Source of the DNA: Mobula hypostoma
Lineage: Eukaryota
NCBI RefSeq assembly: GCF_963921235.1
Contig: NC_086123.1
Coordinates: forward strand, 3,968,001-4,032,000
Direction: 5' to 3'
DNA length: 64,000 nucleotides
Of this stretch, positions 33,611 through 47,100 are shown one piece after another. A model generated the notes under the pieces. That model was not told the origin of the DNA. It did not search any database and worked only from the letters and a program-made list of their open reading frames with translations. How positions within the stretch are numbered: the stretch's first letter is position 1; the number at the start of each line of letters is the position of its first letter. The translations under genes and the position numbers were made by a program.

Positions 33611-34870
33611 GGGGACACCATCATGGGGTATGTTTAATAATTAAGGCAAGGGATCAGTGGAAGAATTATGGACAGGGAACCAAGGGGTATATATTGACCA
33701 TGGACAGCAGGAGACTTTGAGACAGGTTTGGAAATAGCTATTCAGAAACTTAAAACTATTGTTTTTTGTCAAGGACCTAGTATTATGGGTTTGGATACCT
33801 TAACGAGGCAATGGTTAGCCCTAATTTCATATTTTGAGGTTAAATTTCAGGGCTTTCAAGAACACCATAACAGTGCCAGGCCAGGAGCTGCCATCACATC
33901 AAATGAAGGTTTATTTAAAAAATACGTATGATGCATTGCAGGCTGACTTTCCAAAAAAGGCTAATTTTGTCTAAGATTATGGGGACACAAGAAGGTTGAG
34001 GTGATTCTGCAGAAGAATATATACAGAGGATAGCATAGAAAATGGAACAATCTTCAGGACTGCTGAAAGGGCAGGCTATGAAACCTACAATTTGTATTAT
34101 TGCTAATCTCCTTTGGCCTGAATTGCATTCTGTCCTTCCCAAACAGTGGACAGACTACCAATGTCTTAAAATCAGACCGGTGGAATTTAGCATAGGAGAC
34201 CAGGATTATATCATACCTTTTCACTTTCTCCGGATGTGCTTGTGAACCCATGTGGAAGAGATTTATTGTGTAAAATGCGAGCTACTATTACCTACACTCC
34301 TGAGGGACTTACCAGGGAGCCATTGTGGCTATACCATTTCAGTAGTAGTCAATCTATTTTGTATAAGTGCAGTTACTCTTAACCACTTATCAAGGAGTTT
34401 GGAACATTTTTACGAGAGTGCCTTGAAAGCCTCTGGAGAGTTCTCTAGATTCTGTTTAGATCTATAACTCAGTAAGTGACACCGTTATCTTCACTGTACA
34501 GCTTATTATGACTTGGCGGGAAATCTTTCCCTGGAGGCTGAAGAGGGGATTGATAGATCATTTAAATCAAACATGGCATGCCCCTAGTTTATCAAATGCT
34601 GCAAATCAAATTTATGAATAATGTATGATATGTATTTCACAGACTCCAGGGAAACTAGTGAATTTGGAAGGATCTCATACACCACGCTCTGATAGACCTT
34701 TCATGATTTTACAGATGGATTTTATAGAATTACCTTTGTGTGAAGGATATAAATATGTATTGGTCATTCTTGATGTTTTCTTCACGATGGGTTGAAGCAG
34801 TTCCTTGTTGAAGGAATGATGCACTAGCCAAATGTTTATTGAAGGAAATCATCCCAAGGAAAATTTGTTA
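33611..34870 (+). mobile_element. Degenerate endogenous retrovirus fragments
   Basis: Integrase LQMDFIELP..GYKYVLVILDVF/SRWVEAVP at 34700-34860; protease-end-like GRDLLCK near 34255. Confidence 0.7.
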
Positions 34871-35449
34871 TTCTTTTACAATTTTTGTGTGAAATAACAG
34901 GATGAAGTAGAGGATATTAAGGAAAGGAATGGGTACTCATTAAAATGGATGGATGAAAAGGGAGTTTTGAATTAGGTTTTGAAACTCTATCACTGCTTTA
35001 GATACATGTATACATATTTCAATTACAATATTTGTGAGGTGCACTGTCGTCATGAAAGGACAAAAAGAAGGGGATGTGGAAAGGTACTTTACCTGTAATA
35101 ACAAAATGGCAATTTTGTCTGTAACAAAGTGGAACCTGTATTGTACCAAAGTGCTTAGGCAATAGTGTTCATACAACATTATGCTGATGGACCTTGAGTA
35201 TATGACAAACTACAGAAAGACAAGCAGATGCGTAATTGGTTGAATGCCAAAAACACTGATTAAGCTGAATGTCCTTGAATTTGACTTAACACTATAAATG
35301 AGTGATTATGCGGTCTGTTTTATTGAAGCTCATACTGGCCCTTGTGCCATGGTAGCCTTCCCTTGTAGCAATGATTGATCCACTCTGAGTTAATTTGTTG
35401 TTTGTTATAACATGTACCTAAAAGATGCTCGACACATGTCCCAGCTGTT

Positions 35450-35870
35450 CAAGATATTGCTAAGACTACGCTTCAAATACCATGTGCAGTTCTGGTCACC
35501 TAGGTTGAGGAAGGATGTTGATAAATTGGAAAGGGCGTAGAAAAAATTATGAGAAAGAGAAATTGGATAGGCTGGGATTTTTCTGCAAGGAGTACATGAG
35601 GCTTGGGAGTATACCTATGTGGGTTTGTTATACATGAAAGGCATAGATAGGGTGAATGGTTACAGCCTTCTTCCCAGGATAGGAGCGTCTAAAACTGGAG
35701 GACATACAGATGGTTAAAGGTGAGAGGGGAACAAATAAAAGGAGACCAGAGGAGGAAGTTTAACACAGTGGATGGTGGGTACTAAATGAGCTGCCAGAGG
35801 AAGTTGTAACAATGGGTACAATTACAACATCTTAACGACATTTACACCGGACAATATGGATGAGTTGGGC
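35450..35870 (+). mobile_element. Old CR1 3' fragment
   Basis: TGTGCAGTTCTGGTCACC and CR1-like 3' sequence. Confidence 0.7.
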
Positions 35871-36087
35871 CATAAGACCATAAGTCCATGGAGCAGAATT
35901 AGACCATTCATGCCATCACGTCTGTTCTACCACTGCATCATGACTGATTTATTATCCCTCTCAACCCCTTTGTCCTGTCTTATCCCTGTAACCTTTGACA
36001 ACCTGACTAATCAAGAACCTTTCCATGCTGTATGAACCTATAACAGATACTGGTGACTGGGAATGGGATGTGGAATTAAAATGTTAC

Positions 36088-36580
36088 AGTTCCCATTCTG
36101 ACATGTCTATCCACGGCCTCCTCTACTGTAAAAATGAAGCCACACTCAGGTTGGAGGAACAACACCTTATATTCCGTCTGGGTAGCCTCCAACCTAATGG
36201 CATGAACATTGACTTCTCTAACTTCCGCTGATGCCCCACCTCCCCCTCATACCCCATCCGTTATTTATTTATATACACACATTCTTTCTCTCTCTCTCCT
36301 TTTTCTCCCTCTGGGTTTTTCCCCCCTTGTCTTTCTCCCTCGGCCTCCTATCTCATAATCCTCTGATATCCCTTTTGCCAATCACCTGTCCAGCTCTTGG
36401 CTCCATCCCTCCCCCTCCTGTCTTCTTCTATCATTTTGGATCTCCCCCTCCTCCTCCCACTTTCAAATCTCTTACTAGCTTTTCCTTCAGTTAGTCCTGA
36501 CGAAGGGTCTCGGCCTGAAACGTTGACTGTACCTCTTCCTAGAGATGCTGCCTGGCCTGCTGCGTTCACCAGCAACTTTG
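36088..36580 (+). mobile_element. Penelope-like element 3' end (GIY-YIG endonuclease C-terminus plus pseudo-LTR)
   Basis: SHSDMSIHGLLYC...RLEEQHLIFRLGSLQPNGMNIDF*, then pyrimidine-rich UTR and a hammerhead motif. Confidence 0.85.
36492..36529 (+). ncRNA. Minimal type I hammerhead ribozyme motif
   Basis: UAGUC-CUGACGA-AGGGUCUCGGCCU-GAAACGUU-GACUG (GUU site). Confidence 0.72.
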
Positions 36581-36742
36581 ACCCTGAGCCAATGGGCTGG
36601 TCCTGGACTTATTTCCTGGCATAATTTACATATTACTATTTAACTATTTATGGTTTTATTACTATTTATTATTTATGGAGCAACTGTAACGAAAACCAAT
36701 TTCCCCCGGGATCAATAAAGTATGACTATGACTATGACTATG

Positions 36743-37240
36743 ATAAAGAACAGACCATAGGCACAGTAAAAAAAAGTCTCAAAGTCCTGAGTCGATCGAC
36801 TCCTGAGTCCCCGATAGCAGGCGGCAAAAAAGAGAAATTCCCTGCCATAAACCTCCAGGCACCGTCAACTTGCCGATGCCTTGGAAGCAGCCGACCCCAG
36901 CCGACCCCGAGTCCATCCGTCCAAAAACTCCGAGCTTCCGAGCAGCCTCTCCGATACAGCCTCCCGAACACCATCCTCTGCCGAGCACCTTCGACCTCAC
37001 CCTGGCCGCTGAAACATGCAAAACCGAGGATTTTGAGGCTTTCAGCTCTGGAGATTCCAGTTACCACACAGTAGCAGCGGCAGTGAAGCGGGCATTTCAG
37101 AAGTTTTCCAGATGTTCTGCTGTGCGCTCACGTCTGTCTCCATCAAATCAGGATTGTGCACGGTCCCCTACTTGACAAATAACAGATATTCATTACTGAA
37201 GTGGCCGCGCGCGCTGTTGTCGCGCCGCCATCTTCTCCCC
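36743..37240 (-). mobile_element. Non-autonomous interspersed element, same family as the one fused to PLA2-A
   Basis: Minus strand starts GGGGAGAAGATGGCGGCGCG and contains GAACATCTGGAAAACTTCTGAAATGCCCG. Confidence 0.7.
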
Positions 37241-37249
37241 CCCTCCCGG

Positions 37250-40200
37250 GAGGATTTGGTGTCATATGCAAATTTGTTGATCCAGTTAACCACATTATCA
37301 TACAGATCGTTGATATAGATGACATACAACAACAGACCCAGCACTGATTCCTGCAGCACTCACAAGTCACTGACTTCCAGTCAGAGAGGCAACTATCTAC
37401 TACGAATCTTAGGCTTCTCCCACAAACCAATGTCTAATCAAATTTACTACCCCACCTTGAATGCCCAGCACCTAATCCTTGACCAACGTCCTATGCGGGA
37501 CCTTATCAAAAGCCTTGTTAAAGTCCATTTAGACAACATCCACTGCCTTGTCTTCATCAACTTCCGTGATAACTTTCTCAAAAATCTCTGTAAGATTGTT
37601 TAGACGTGACCAGCTGCTCACAAAGCCATGCTGACTATCCTTAATCAGTCCATGTCTATCTAAATAATTTTGCATTTCGTCCCTTAGAATATCTTCCAAT
37701 AACTTTCCCATGACTGATGTCAGCCTTACCCGTCTATAACTTCTTGGTTTATTTTTAGAGTCTTTCTTAAGCAGTGGAACAACGCTGGCTACCCTCCAAT
37801 CCTCCAGTCAATAGGGATGATTTAAATATCTCTACTAGGGCCCTGACAATCTCTGCACTTGCCTCCCACAGTGTCTGAGGGAACAGATTGTCAGGGCCTG
37901 GGGATGTATCCACCCTGATTTGCCTCAGGACAACAAACACCTCTTCCTCTGTAATCTGTACAGAGCCCATGAAGTTGATGTCACTTTGCCTCACTTCTCG
38001 AAACTCTGTGCCTATCTCCTGAGTATACACAGATGTAGAGAAATCATTCAAAATCTTCCCCATCTCTTTTGGCTCCCTGAATAGATTACTATTCTGATTT
38101 TTGCAGAGACCAGTTTTGTCCCTTGCGACCCTTTTGCTCTTAACATAACTGTAGAATCCCTTAGGATTCTCCTTCACCTTGTCTCTGGAGCAACTTCATC
38201 CCTTCTTTTAGCCCTCCTAATTTCCTTCATAAGTACTCGCTTGTATTTCCTATACTCAGTAAGTAAATCATTTGCTCCTTTATATCTATTCCTACTGTGC
38301 CTCTCCTTTTTTTTCTTAACCAGGGCCTTAATTTCCCTTGATAACCAAGGTTCCATACACCTGTTATTCTGACATGCACGTACAAGATCTGTACTCTCAG
38401 AATTTCACATTTGAAGGCCTCCCACTTTCCAAGTACACATTTGCCGGAAAACAGCCTGTCCCAATCCACATTTGCCAGGTTGTTTCTGGTACCAGCAAAA
38501 TTGGTCTTTCTCCAATTTAGAATCTCAAGCCACGGACCAAACTTACCTTTTTGCATACATACTTTGAAACTGATGGCATTCAGATCACTAGATGCAAAGT
38601 GTTCCCATACACAGACTTCTGTCACCTGCCCTGTCTCTTTCCCTAATAGCAGATCCAGTATCGCACTCTCTCTCGTTGGGACTTCTACGCACTGATGAAG
38701 AAGACTTTTCCAAACACATTTGACAAACTCTATCCCATCTAGTCCTTTTACAGTATTGGAGTCCCAGTCAATATGTGGAAAGTTAAAATCACCGACTACA
38801 ACAACCTTATGTTTCTTGCAACAGTCTGCAATCTCTCTAAAAATTTGTCCCTCTATATCCCTACGACTGTTGCACGGTCTCTAATAAAGCCCCGTTAATG
38901 TGGTCATACATTTCTCATTTCTCAGTTCCACCCACAACACCTCACTAGACAAGTTCTCCAGTCTATCCTGACTGAACACTGCCACGAAATTTCCCTACTA
39001 GTAACGCCATCCCTCCTCCTCTAATCCCTCCCACTCTATCACGTCTAAAACAACGGAACCCTGGAATATTAAGCTGTCAGTCCTGCCTCTCCTGCAACCA
39101 CTAATGGCTATAATATCATAATTCCATGTGTTGATCCATGCCCTGAGCTCATCCACCTTCTGTACGATACTCCTTGCATTGAAATATACGCAGCTCAGGA
39201 CACTAGTCACACCACGCTCAATCTTTTGATTCCTGACTGTGTGAGGATTTACCAACATCTGCCTTCGCAACCTCTCCGCTATCTGTTATGGCACTCTGGT
39301 TCCCACCCTCCTGAAACTCCAGTTTAAATTGCACCGTACAGCACTAGCAAACCTTCCCACTAGAATATTAGTCCCCTTCCAGTTCAGGTGCAAACCATCC
39401 CTTCTGTAAAGGACTCACCTTCCCTGTAAGACAGCCCAATGATCCAAAAATCTTATGCCCTCCCTCCTACACCAACTGCTTAGCCACGTGTTAAACTGTA
39501 ATCCGCCAATTTCTTGTCTCACTAGCACGTGGCACGGGTAGCAATCCTAATATCACAACCCTGGGGATCCTGCCATTTAACTTAGCACCTAACTCCCTGA
39601 ACTCACTTTGCAGAAACTCATCACTTGTCCTACCTACGTCATTGGTATCTACATGGACCACAGCTTCTGGCTGTTCACTTTCTCACTTAAGCTTACTGAG
39701 GACTCAATCTGAGATATCGTGGACGTTGGCACCCTGGAGGCAACATACCATCCGGGAATTTCATTCTCGTCCACAGAACCTCCTTTCTACTCCCCTAACA
39801 AATCCCGGTCACCACAGCTCACCTCTTCTCCTCCCTTCCCTTCTGAATCGCAGAGCCAGACTCAGTGCTAGAGACCTAACTTCTGTGACTTCCCTCTGCT
39901 AGGTCATTCCCCGCCCCCCACAACCCCCCAACAGTATCCATAGTGGTATATCTGTCGTTTGGGGGGATGGCCACTTGAGTATTCTGCACTGGCTGTTTAA
40001 TCCCTTTCCCCTTCCCGACAGTCACCCAGCTTCCTGTGTCCTGCACCTTGGGTGTATATACCTCTCTATATGCCCTATCTATCACCCCCTCATCCTCCCT
40101 CCCGTATGATCTAGAGTTCATCCAGTTCCAGCACCAACTCCTTAGCGCGTATGGTTAGAAGCCATAGCTGGATGCACGTCTTACAGGCATAGTCATCAGA

Positions 40201-40270
40201 GATACTGGAGGTCTCCCTGTCTTCCCACATCTCGCAAGAGGAACATTTCCACTATCCTGTTCTAACTGAT
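37250..40270 (-). mobile_element. Degenerate CR1 LINE (ORF1 and ORF2 fragments)
   Basis: YFNARSIVQKVDEL, KENPKGFYSYVK, DSQHGFV, YINDL, FAYDTK. Confidence 0.88.
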
Positions 40271-41083
40271 CAAATATAAAGTAGGAAGAACAATAAACCA
40301 TGGAGGTGGGGGAACTCCACCTACAGCTTTTTTGCCTTCTCTCACTGAAGCCTCAAAGAGTTAAAGCCTAAAAAAATCTCCACTCCAACACTGACCACTC
40401 CAACAATGGCTGCTCCGCTTGACCCTGCCTTATTTTAATTTGATGTTGCCAATCAATCCCAAATTCTGATTGGCATCTGAACAAAGCACGAAACTGCCAT
40501 GATTTTCTACTTTTTCCATTCAATTGTGAATCTGAGTGAACTACGTTTTCTCAGGCTTCCGATCTCCAATTTGCTGCTGCTCAAAGCTCCAAATCGCTGC
40601 AAATCACTGCCTATTCACTCATTCAGTGAACATGGATGAATTATGTTTTCTCAGGCTTATGACCTCCGATTTGCTGCTGCTCAAAGCTCCAAGTACCATT
40701 TTAGGTAACACTCATGATTTCATACAACTGAAATATCCTACCCAATCCTATCAAAGCAAATCCCTTCCTGCACTCTTGAATTTCTCAGATCAGCAATCAG
40801 CTGAAAGATACAATATTGGAATAAGCAGTGTTGAAAGGAATACCATAATGTAGAAGCAAGTCACTCCTGAATAGCACCAACAAATTACTATAAAATTCAG
40901 ACAAATGCAGTTTGCCCAACCAAACAGAAAAGTGATCGAATTTCTCGGTTGTACTTGTAGTAAAACATCGGCTGCTCGTTTTGGGATGTGAAAGTCTTGT
41001 ATAAATGTCTGCTTTTGTCTTCCTTTCAAAATAAATGGTGCCTACAGAAAATAATCCTCTTTGCTTTCTTTTTGTTCCTTTAG

Positions 41084-41182
41084 CTGCAGATTCGGGGTCT
41101 CCTCCTGACCATCTTTGCGGCCTGTATTGGTGGCACCTTCCAGTATGGCTTGAACCTGACGATCATTAATGCACCAACAACC
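41084..41182 (+). CDS. SLC2A11: SLC2A11-like exon 2
   Basis: 99 nt [33 protein letters not shown]; non-canonical donor. Confidence 0.85.
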
Positions 41183-44100
41183 ATGAGTCCACAGTTATGG
41201 TCAACAAAGAAACATTAGTGTTCTCCAAATTTGTAAAACCAAAACTAAATCTGTAACTTTTAATCAGTTTGTCCAGAAGTTCATCAATGAGACCTGGACC
41301 AAACGCTACAACACACAGCTGGAGAACAGGGTCATTACATTTTTCTGGACCCTTATCGTGGCCACTTACTCTGTTGGAGGACTGGTTGGGGCTCTTATTG
41401 CTGGACCCATGGCCATAACATTTGGAAGGTATGAATCATGAAAAAAATGTGCTCGTTGAATTCTGATATCCAGATATATCCACTTCTATTTGCATTTATT
41501 AGGGGTTAAGACTTGTTGAGGTTACTTGTAATTTCCAACTCCCAAACACATAAAGATTTGATTTCACTCCCACGTCTTTCTCCCACCATGATATCTCCTC
41601 ACTGCATCCTGTCCTCCATTCACCCTTACTCTGTCTTCTATCCTCCTTCCTCCATCTTTACAACATGGTTCTCTCGACTGCAATCCTCTGTTTTCTTCCC
41701 CGTCTTCAGTGTTTCCATCTCCTTCTGAATTCTCCACTTCCAGTGTGCTGCCACACTTTATCTCAATTCTATTTTTACTTTTCCACCTATTACCTATCTC
41801 TTCATAGTCTCGCTATATCATTAGCCATATCCAAGTCAACCTAGCTTCTTCATCTTCCATTCTGCATTCGCATCCTCACCCTTCCCAGTGTTCTTCCTCC
41901 AGCTATTCCTTCTTTCCTTTCCCATCTACTCTCTCCATCTATCCATCCATCCATCCTCTGTCACTCTCCTCTTCATTAACCTCCTGCCCCATTCTTGCAA
42001 TTCCCTGAAATTTGGAATTCCAGTAAGATGACATCTGATTAAATTTTGACTTCTGTGATCAGAGGTTAATTTGGCTGTTGTTCTATCACCCGATAAGGTT
42101 AAGTCCTTCAATGAGAAAACAGCCTTTTCTAATCTTACAGGCTCTGAGACATTAAAATATTTGTTGCTGAGAATTTCACCAAACGTTCTCTTAAGTTGTT
42201 AAATTTGAAATTGGCAAAGTTTAAATGTGGAATCAAAGGGGTTAGACTATAGGCCTCACAATAACTACAAGAAGGTAGAGGAACTGATATACTTGCAGGT
42301 TATGGAATGATGCAAAATTAAATTGGTAAATTGGTTTATTATTGTCATATTACCAAGGTACAGTGAAAAACTTGCCTTGCATACTATTGATACAGATCAA
42401 TTCATTAACAACAGTCCATTGAGGTAGCACAAGTTAAAACAATAACAGAATGCAGAATGAAGTGTTACAGAGAATGTTCCGTGCAGGTAGCAGGTAGATG
42501 ATGTAGACTGTGAGGTCAAGAGTCTATCTTGTCGAACTAGGGAACCATTCCATGGTTTTATAACAGTGGGATAGAAGCTGTTCTTGAACCTGGTGGCACC
42601 TACTTTCCCACTTTGTATCTTCTGCACGATGAAGATGGGAGAAGAAAGAATGCCTGGAGTGCCTGGAGTCTTTGATTATGTTGGATACTTTACTGAGACA
42701 GCAGGAAGTTTCGACAGAGTCCATGGATGGGAGGCTGATTTCCATTATGTGCTGAGCTCTGTCCACAACTGTGATGGATATTCACTCCTTGGTTGTTTGC
42801 TAATCTCAGCTTTCTAAACAGCATCTGCGACTTGGTTAGACCAAAAACAATGATAGGTAAACTTCCAAAGTAATATTGCTTTGTTTAGGGAGCGACTCTT
42901 CAGTTTTTAAAATGTAAATGGATAGCAATGATTAGCTTGAGGTTAAAAACATATCTTTGCAAACAAGCTCTGTCTATGTAGCAGATTGCTAGCTCACTGT
43001 ACCTGCTTTACTACTGCTCAAGGTGTAATATAAGATAATGGATTGTTTAATTTGGCTTGGTTCAAACAGACAACCTGATTTTCACATTGTCAAATAGATG
43101 GCTAATACTATTTAGCACATCAATAACTGATGTGTTTATAATTCAAAGATTTTATGTACAAAAGGACGTTAGCTTCACAGCATTTTCAGTATTAATTGAG
43201 ATCTATATCTCCAAGATGGTTTTAGACCATTTGTGTTAAAAGGATATCTGAGGAAATACCATATATGTGTGAAATCACCCAAGTGGAGAAAAGGATTATA
43301 AGTGTAGAAAGCAGTTCAGTCTTATTAGGAATGGGGAAAGAACATCAGGAAGAAATGTGAAAGGAACACAGGGTGAACTAGATCCATTTCTCCAGCTTTG
43401 GTTTCTGCGACAGACGATTTGTTTGTCTGTACCGTGGTATGTCATTTTAGTTTATAGGAATTGTACCTGTGTTTTGGAGATCCTTTATACTTTGTGATTT
43501 AGAAATGCTATGTGGTTTGTGTTTTAGAAGTGGTTCATAATTTGGAAATGTTTAAGATAAAAATTCTCTCTGAGCTTTAAATGTGTTTTAAGAAAGTTGC
43601 TTGAATTTAAACATGTATCACTGAATATAAATGAACTGTGTTTTAACCTACTTTGTTAGCTGGAAGTATCTTCACCTTGGTAGGGCGAGGGGACCCACCA
43701 TTCAAATAGTGGGTATTGGCAGCTAAACTCACCACGGAGAGTAAACAGGGAAGTAAACTATTCTTTGAAGATTGGGTAGTTACAGTAGGATCTCCCGTTA
43801 GTGAGAGTACTCGTGGCTGTTTAGGGCTTAAGGTCTTCACTTCAGGTTAGAAGTTCGCAGTCAGCAAACCCAATGTCACACAACTCTCTGCAGTTCCTTG
43901 CAGTCACTGAGCTGTGATACACCCAAATGCACTCGGATGCACTCGTATATAAACTTGTTTGGAGCACTTTTCTGACTTAATACATTCAAATCCAGATCAG
44001 ATTGGATCTCATGATTACATTATTATGAAAATATGGACATCACGTGACACTCTCTGACTGTTAAATTGTTCCTACACAGGAGGAATTCACTGTTACTGAG

Positions 44101-47100
44101 CAATGTTTTTGTGCTCATTGGTGCGTTGCTGATGGGGCTGAGCAGAACAGCCAAATCCTTTGAGATGATCATAATTGGAAGATTCTTTTCTGGAGTAAAC
44201 TCAGGTATCTATTTTCTTTCAAAGCAGGGAGTAGGAAATGGCCTTGGGAAAATGGCATAACGTATTGGGGAGAAACGATAGTGTAGCACTTGGCTTAATG
44301 CTATTCTGGAGCCAGTGACCCAGAGACCCAGATTGAATTCCAGCCACTGTCTGTGTATTCTGCTGAAGAATGCAGAGCTTGTACGTTCCTCTAGATGATC
44401 CGGTTTCCTTCCACATTCCAAAGCCATGTGGATGCTAGGTTAATGATCATATGGGTGTAATTGGGCAGTGTGGGCTCCTAGGCAAGATGGGACTGTTACT
44501 GTGCTGTATCTTTAACGAAATAAAAAAAAACAATAACTTACCATTCTGGCCTTGTCCAGCGGAGATACCACCCTGTTTTTAATACACTCCGTCCGAAGTA
44601 GTCTCCCACTTGTTACAGAACTCTTTAATGCACACAAATATCAAGTATAAGTACCACGTGTGATTTAGTGGTTTAAAATATGTTATTCTGTATGTTCACT
44701 CATCTACTGTATCAACATAGTAGGACTATAAGATAAAGTAGGATCGTCACCCTGTAAAATATTCTTAGGTTATTACAATAGACAATAGGTGCAGGAGTAG
44801 GCCATTCAGCCCTTCGAGCCAGCCCCACCATTCACTGTGATCATGGCTGATCATCCACAATCAGTATCCTTTTCCTGCCTTCTCCCCATATCCCTTCACT
44901 CCACTATCTTTAAGAGCTCTATCTAACTCTTTCTTGAAAGAATCCAGAGAATTGGCCTCCACTGCCTTCTGAGGCAGAGCATTCCACAGATCCACAACCC
45001 TCTGTGTGAAAAAGTTTTTCCTCAACTCCGTTCTAAATGGTCTACCCCCTATTCTTAAACTGTGGCCTCTGGTTCTGGGCTCCCCCAACATCGGGAACAT
45101 GTTTCCTGCCTCCTGGGAATGAACCTCGTGATCCTACACTGCACTCCCTCAATAGCTAGAATGTCCTTCCTCAAATTTGGAGACCAAAACTGTACACAAT
45201 ATTCCAGGTGTGGTCTCACCAGGGCCCTGTACAACTGCAGAAGGACCTCTTTGCTCCTATACTCAATTCCCCTTGTTATTACATCTGTTTTGTTTAATTA
45301 AGGTGGAAATATGCTGTACATTGAATGAACACTACCTCAAAGATTTCTGACAAGCACAACTGATGCAGAAGGGACTCACCTTGGGCTTGAAGAGCGGGGT
45401 GACTCCAACAAAAGCAAACCCCAGAGTCCACAAATGACTGGCAACCCCTACTCCTGTAATTATTCTCAACTAATCTTTTATCCTTTCTAACAGCCAATGT
45501 GTCCATTCTCTGTTGCCATTAACTCCATTTTCACCCTTGTCAGAATCAATGTTGAGAGTTTCCAATTACCTTTACAAATCGTCTTAAAACTGAACTCCCC
45601 TCAGATCTTTTCCTTCCCACAGACTAACCTTCCAGCATATCCTTGATGATCTGGCAATCCATCTCCAGAGTAAATGCTCAAGCTAGCACAGCCTTTTTTG
45701 CTCATTCGATGCAAGGGTGACTGGCGTCTCAGTGAGTGTAAGAAGTCTGGGATTGGAGGTATGTTCCTTCCAGGAGATGTCAGAAAGCCACAGCAGCCTC
45801 AGGGGAAGAGCAAAGAAGTGGGACTCACTGTTTGTATGCACTGTGTGGCTTCTTCCATGGAATGAAGCTTTATAATGCAATGCTAAAATTTCAGTGTCTC
45901 ACCTAATGCCAAGAATACAAACTTGCAAGTTGAATGTGGAATGTGATGAGTGTGATGTGATAAACTTTCAATAAGTGTATGAGTGAAGAGTATCTTCATT
46001 CCCCTTTGCTCTTCAGGCGTGGGATTCAACATTAATCCCTTGTATCTCGGTGAGAGTGCTCCAAAGGAGATCCGTGGGACAGTGGCCCTCTCATTTGCTC
46101 CATTTACTGCAGCAGGATTGGTGGTGGGACAGTTCATAGGACTGAGGTAGGTTCTAGGATTTTACAGTTCTTCCATCCCTGGGTGTTGGGTAGATGTTTC
46201 AGACTAGACAATTATATAGAGACATAGGAGACAAAATCATAGTCATTTTTGAGAGAGGCAAATACATTAGGGGCATTTAAGAAACTCTTAGATAGGCACA
46301 AGGATGATAGAACAATAGAGGGCTATATGAGGGAAGGGTTAGTTAGATCTTAGAATGGGTTAAAAGGTCGACACAACATTCAGCAAGATCACACATGTAG
46401 TGAAATCTTCACCATCTTACCTGTGCCCCCATCTCAGCTGCATTTTACAGGAGCAGCATTGAGAGCATCCTGACAAGTTACATCTCCATCTGGTCTGGGA
46501 GCAGCCGAGCATTGGACTGGAAGTCCCTAAAATGGGCTATGAGAACAGCTGAGAGCATCATAGGGGTCTCCCTACCATCCATTGGGAACATTTATCAGGA
46601 GCGCTGTGTACACAGGGACCTTAGTATTAACAAGGATCCCACACATCCATCCAGCACCCTCTGACTTTCTACCATCAGGCAGGAGACTCTGATGCATAAA
46701 AACAAGAACGATCAGGATGGGAAACAGATTCTTCACTCAGGCCATTTTCTGAACACCCTGCTGCATTGTATTCGAAGTGTCACCGGTTAATCTGTTCTGT
46801 CCCTTACAGCATTTAATTTATGCACCTAGTTCATTATTTATGCGTGCTTCATCTGTAGATTTTATCCTTACCTTCATAAGCTGCTGTGTGTTCTGTGTAC
46901 CACTGTGTACACCTTGCTGTGGAGAAATATTGTCTCATTTCTATATACATTATATAATTATATACATTATACACATGTATATACTGTAGTTAAGTGACAA
47001 CAAGCTTGACTTGACTTGAAGTAGACATTAAATTTGATGTGCACTCCACATTGTGCCCACCCCTCTACTTGTTACCACCTTGATTACGAAACCCAGTAGC

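Noticed and set aside
41183-41267. U12-type AT-AC intron
   Set aside because: Lacks the ATATCCTT donor and ends in AG; matches a mutated U2 GTGAGT donor.
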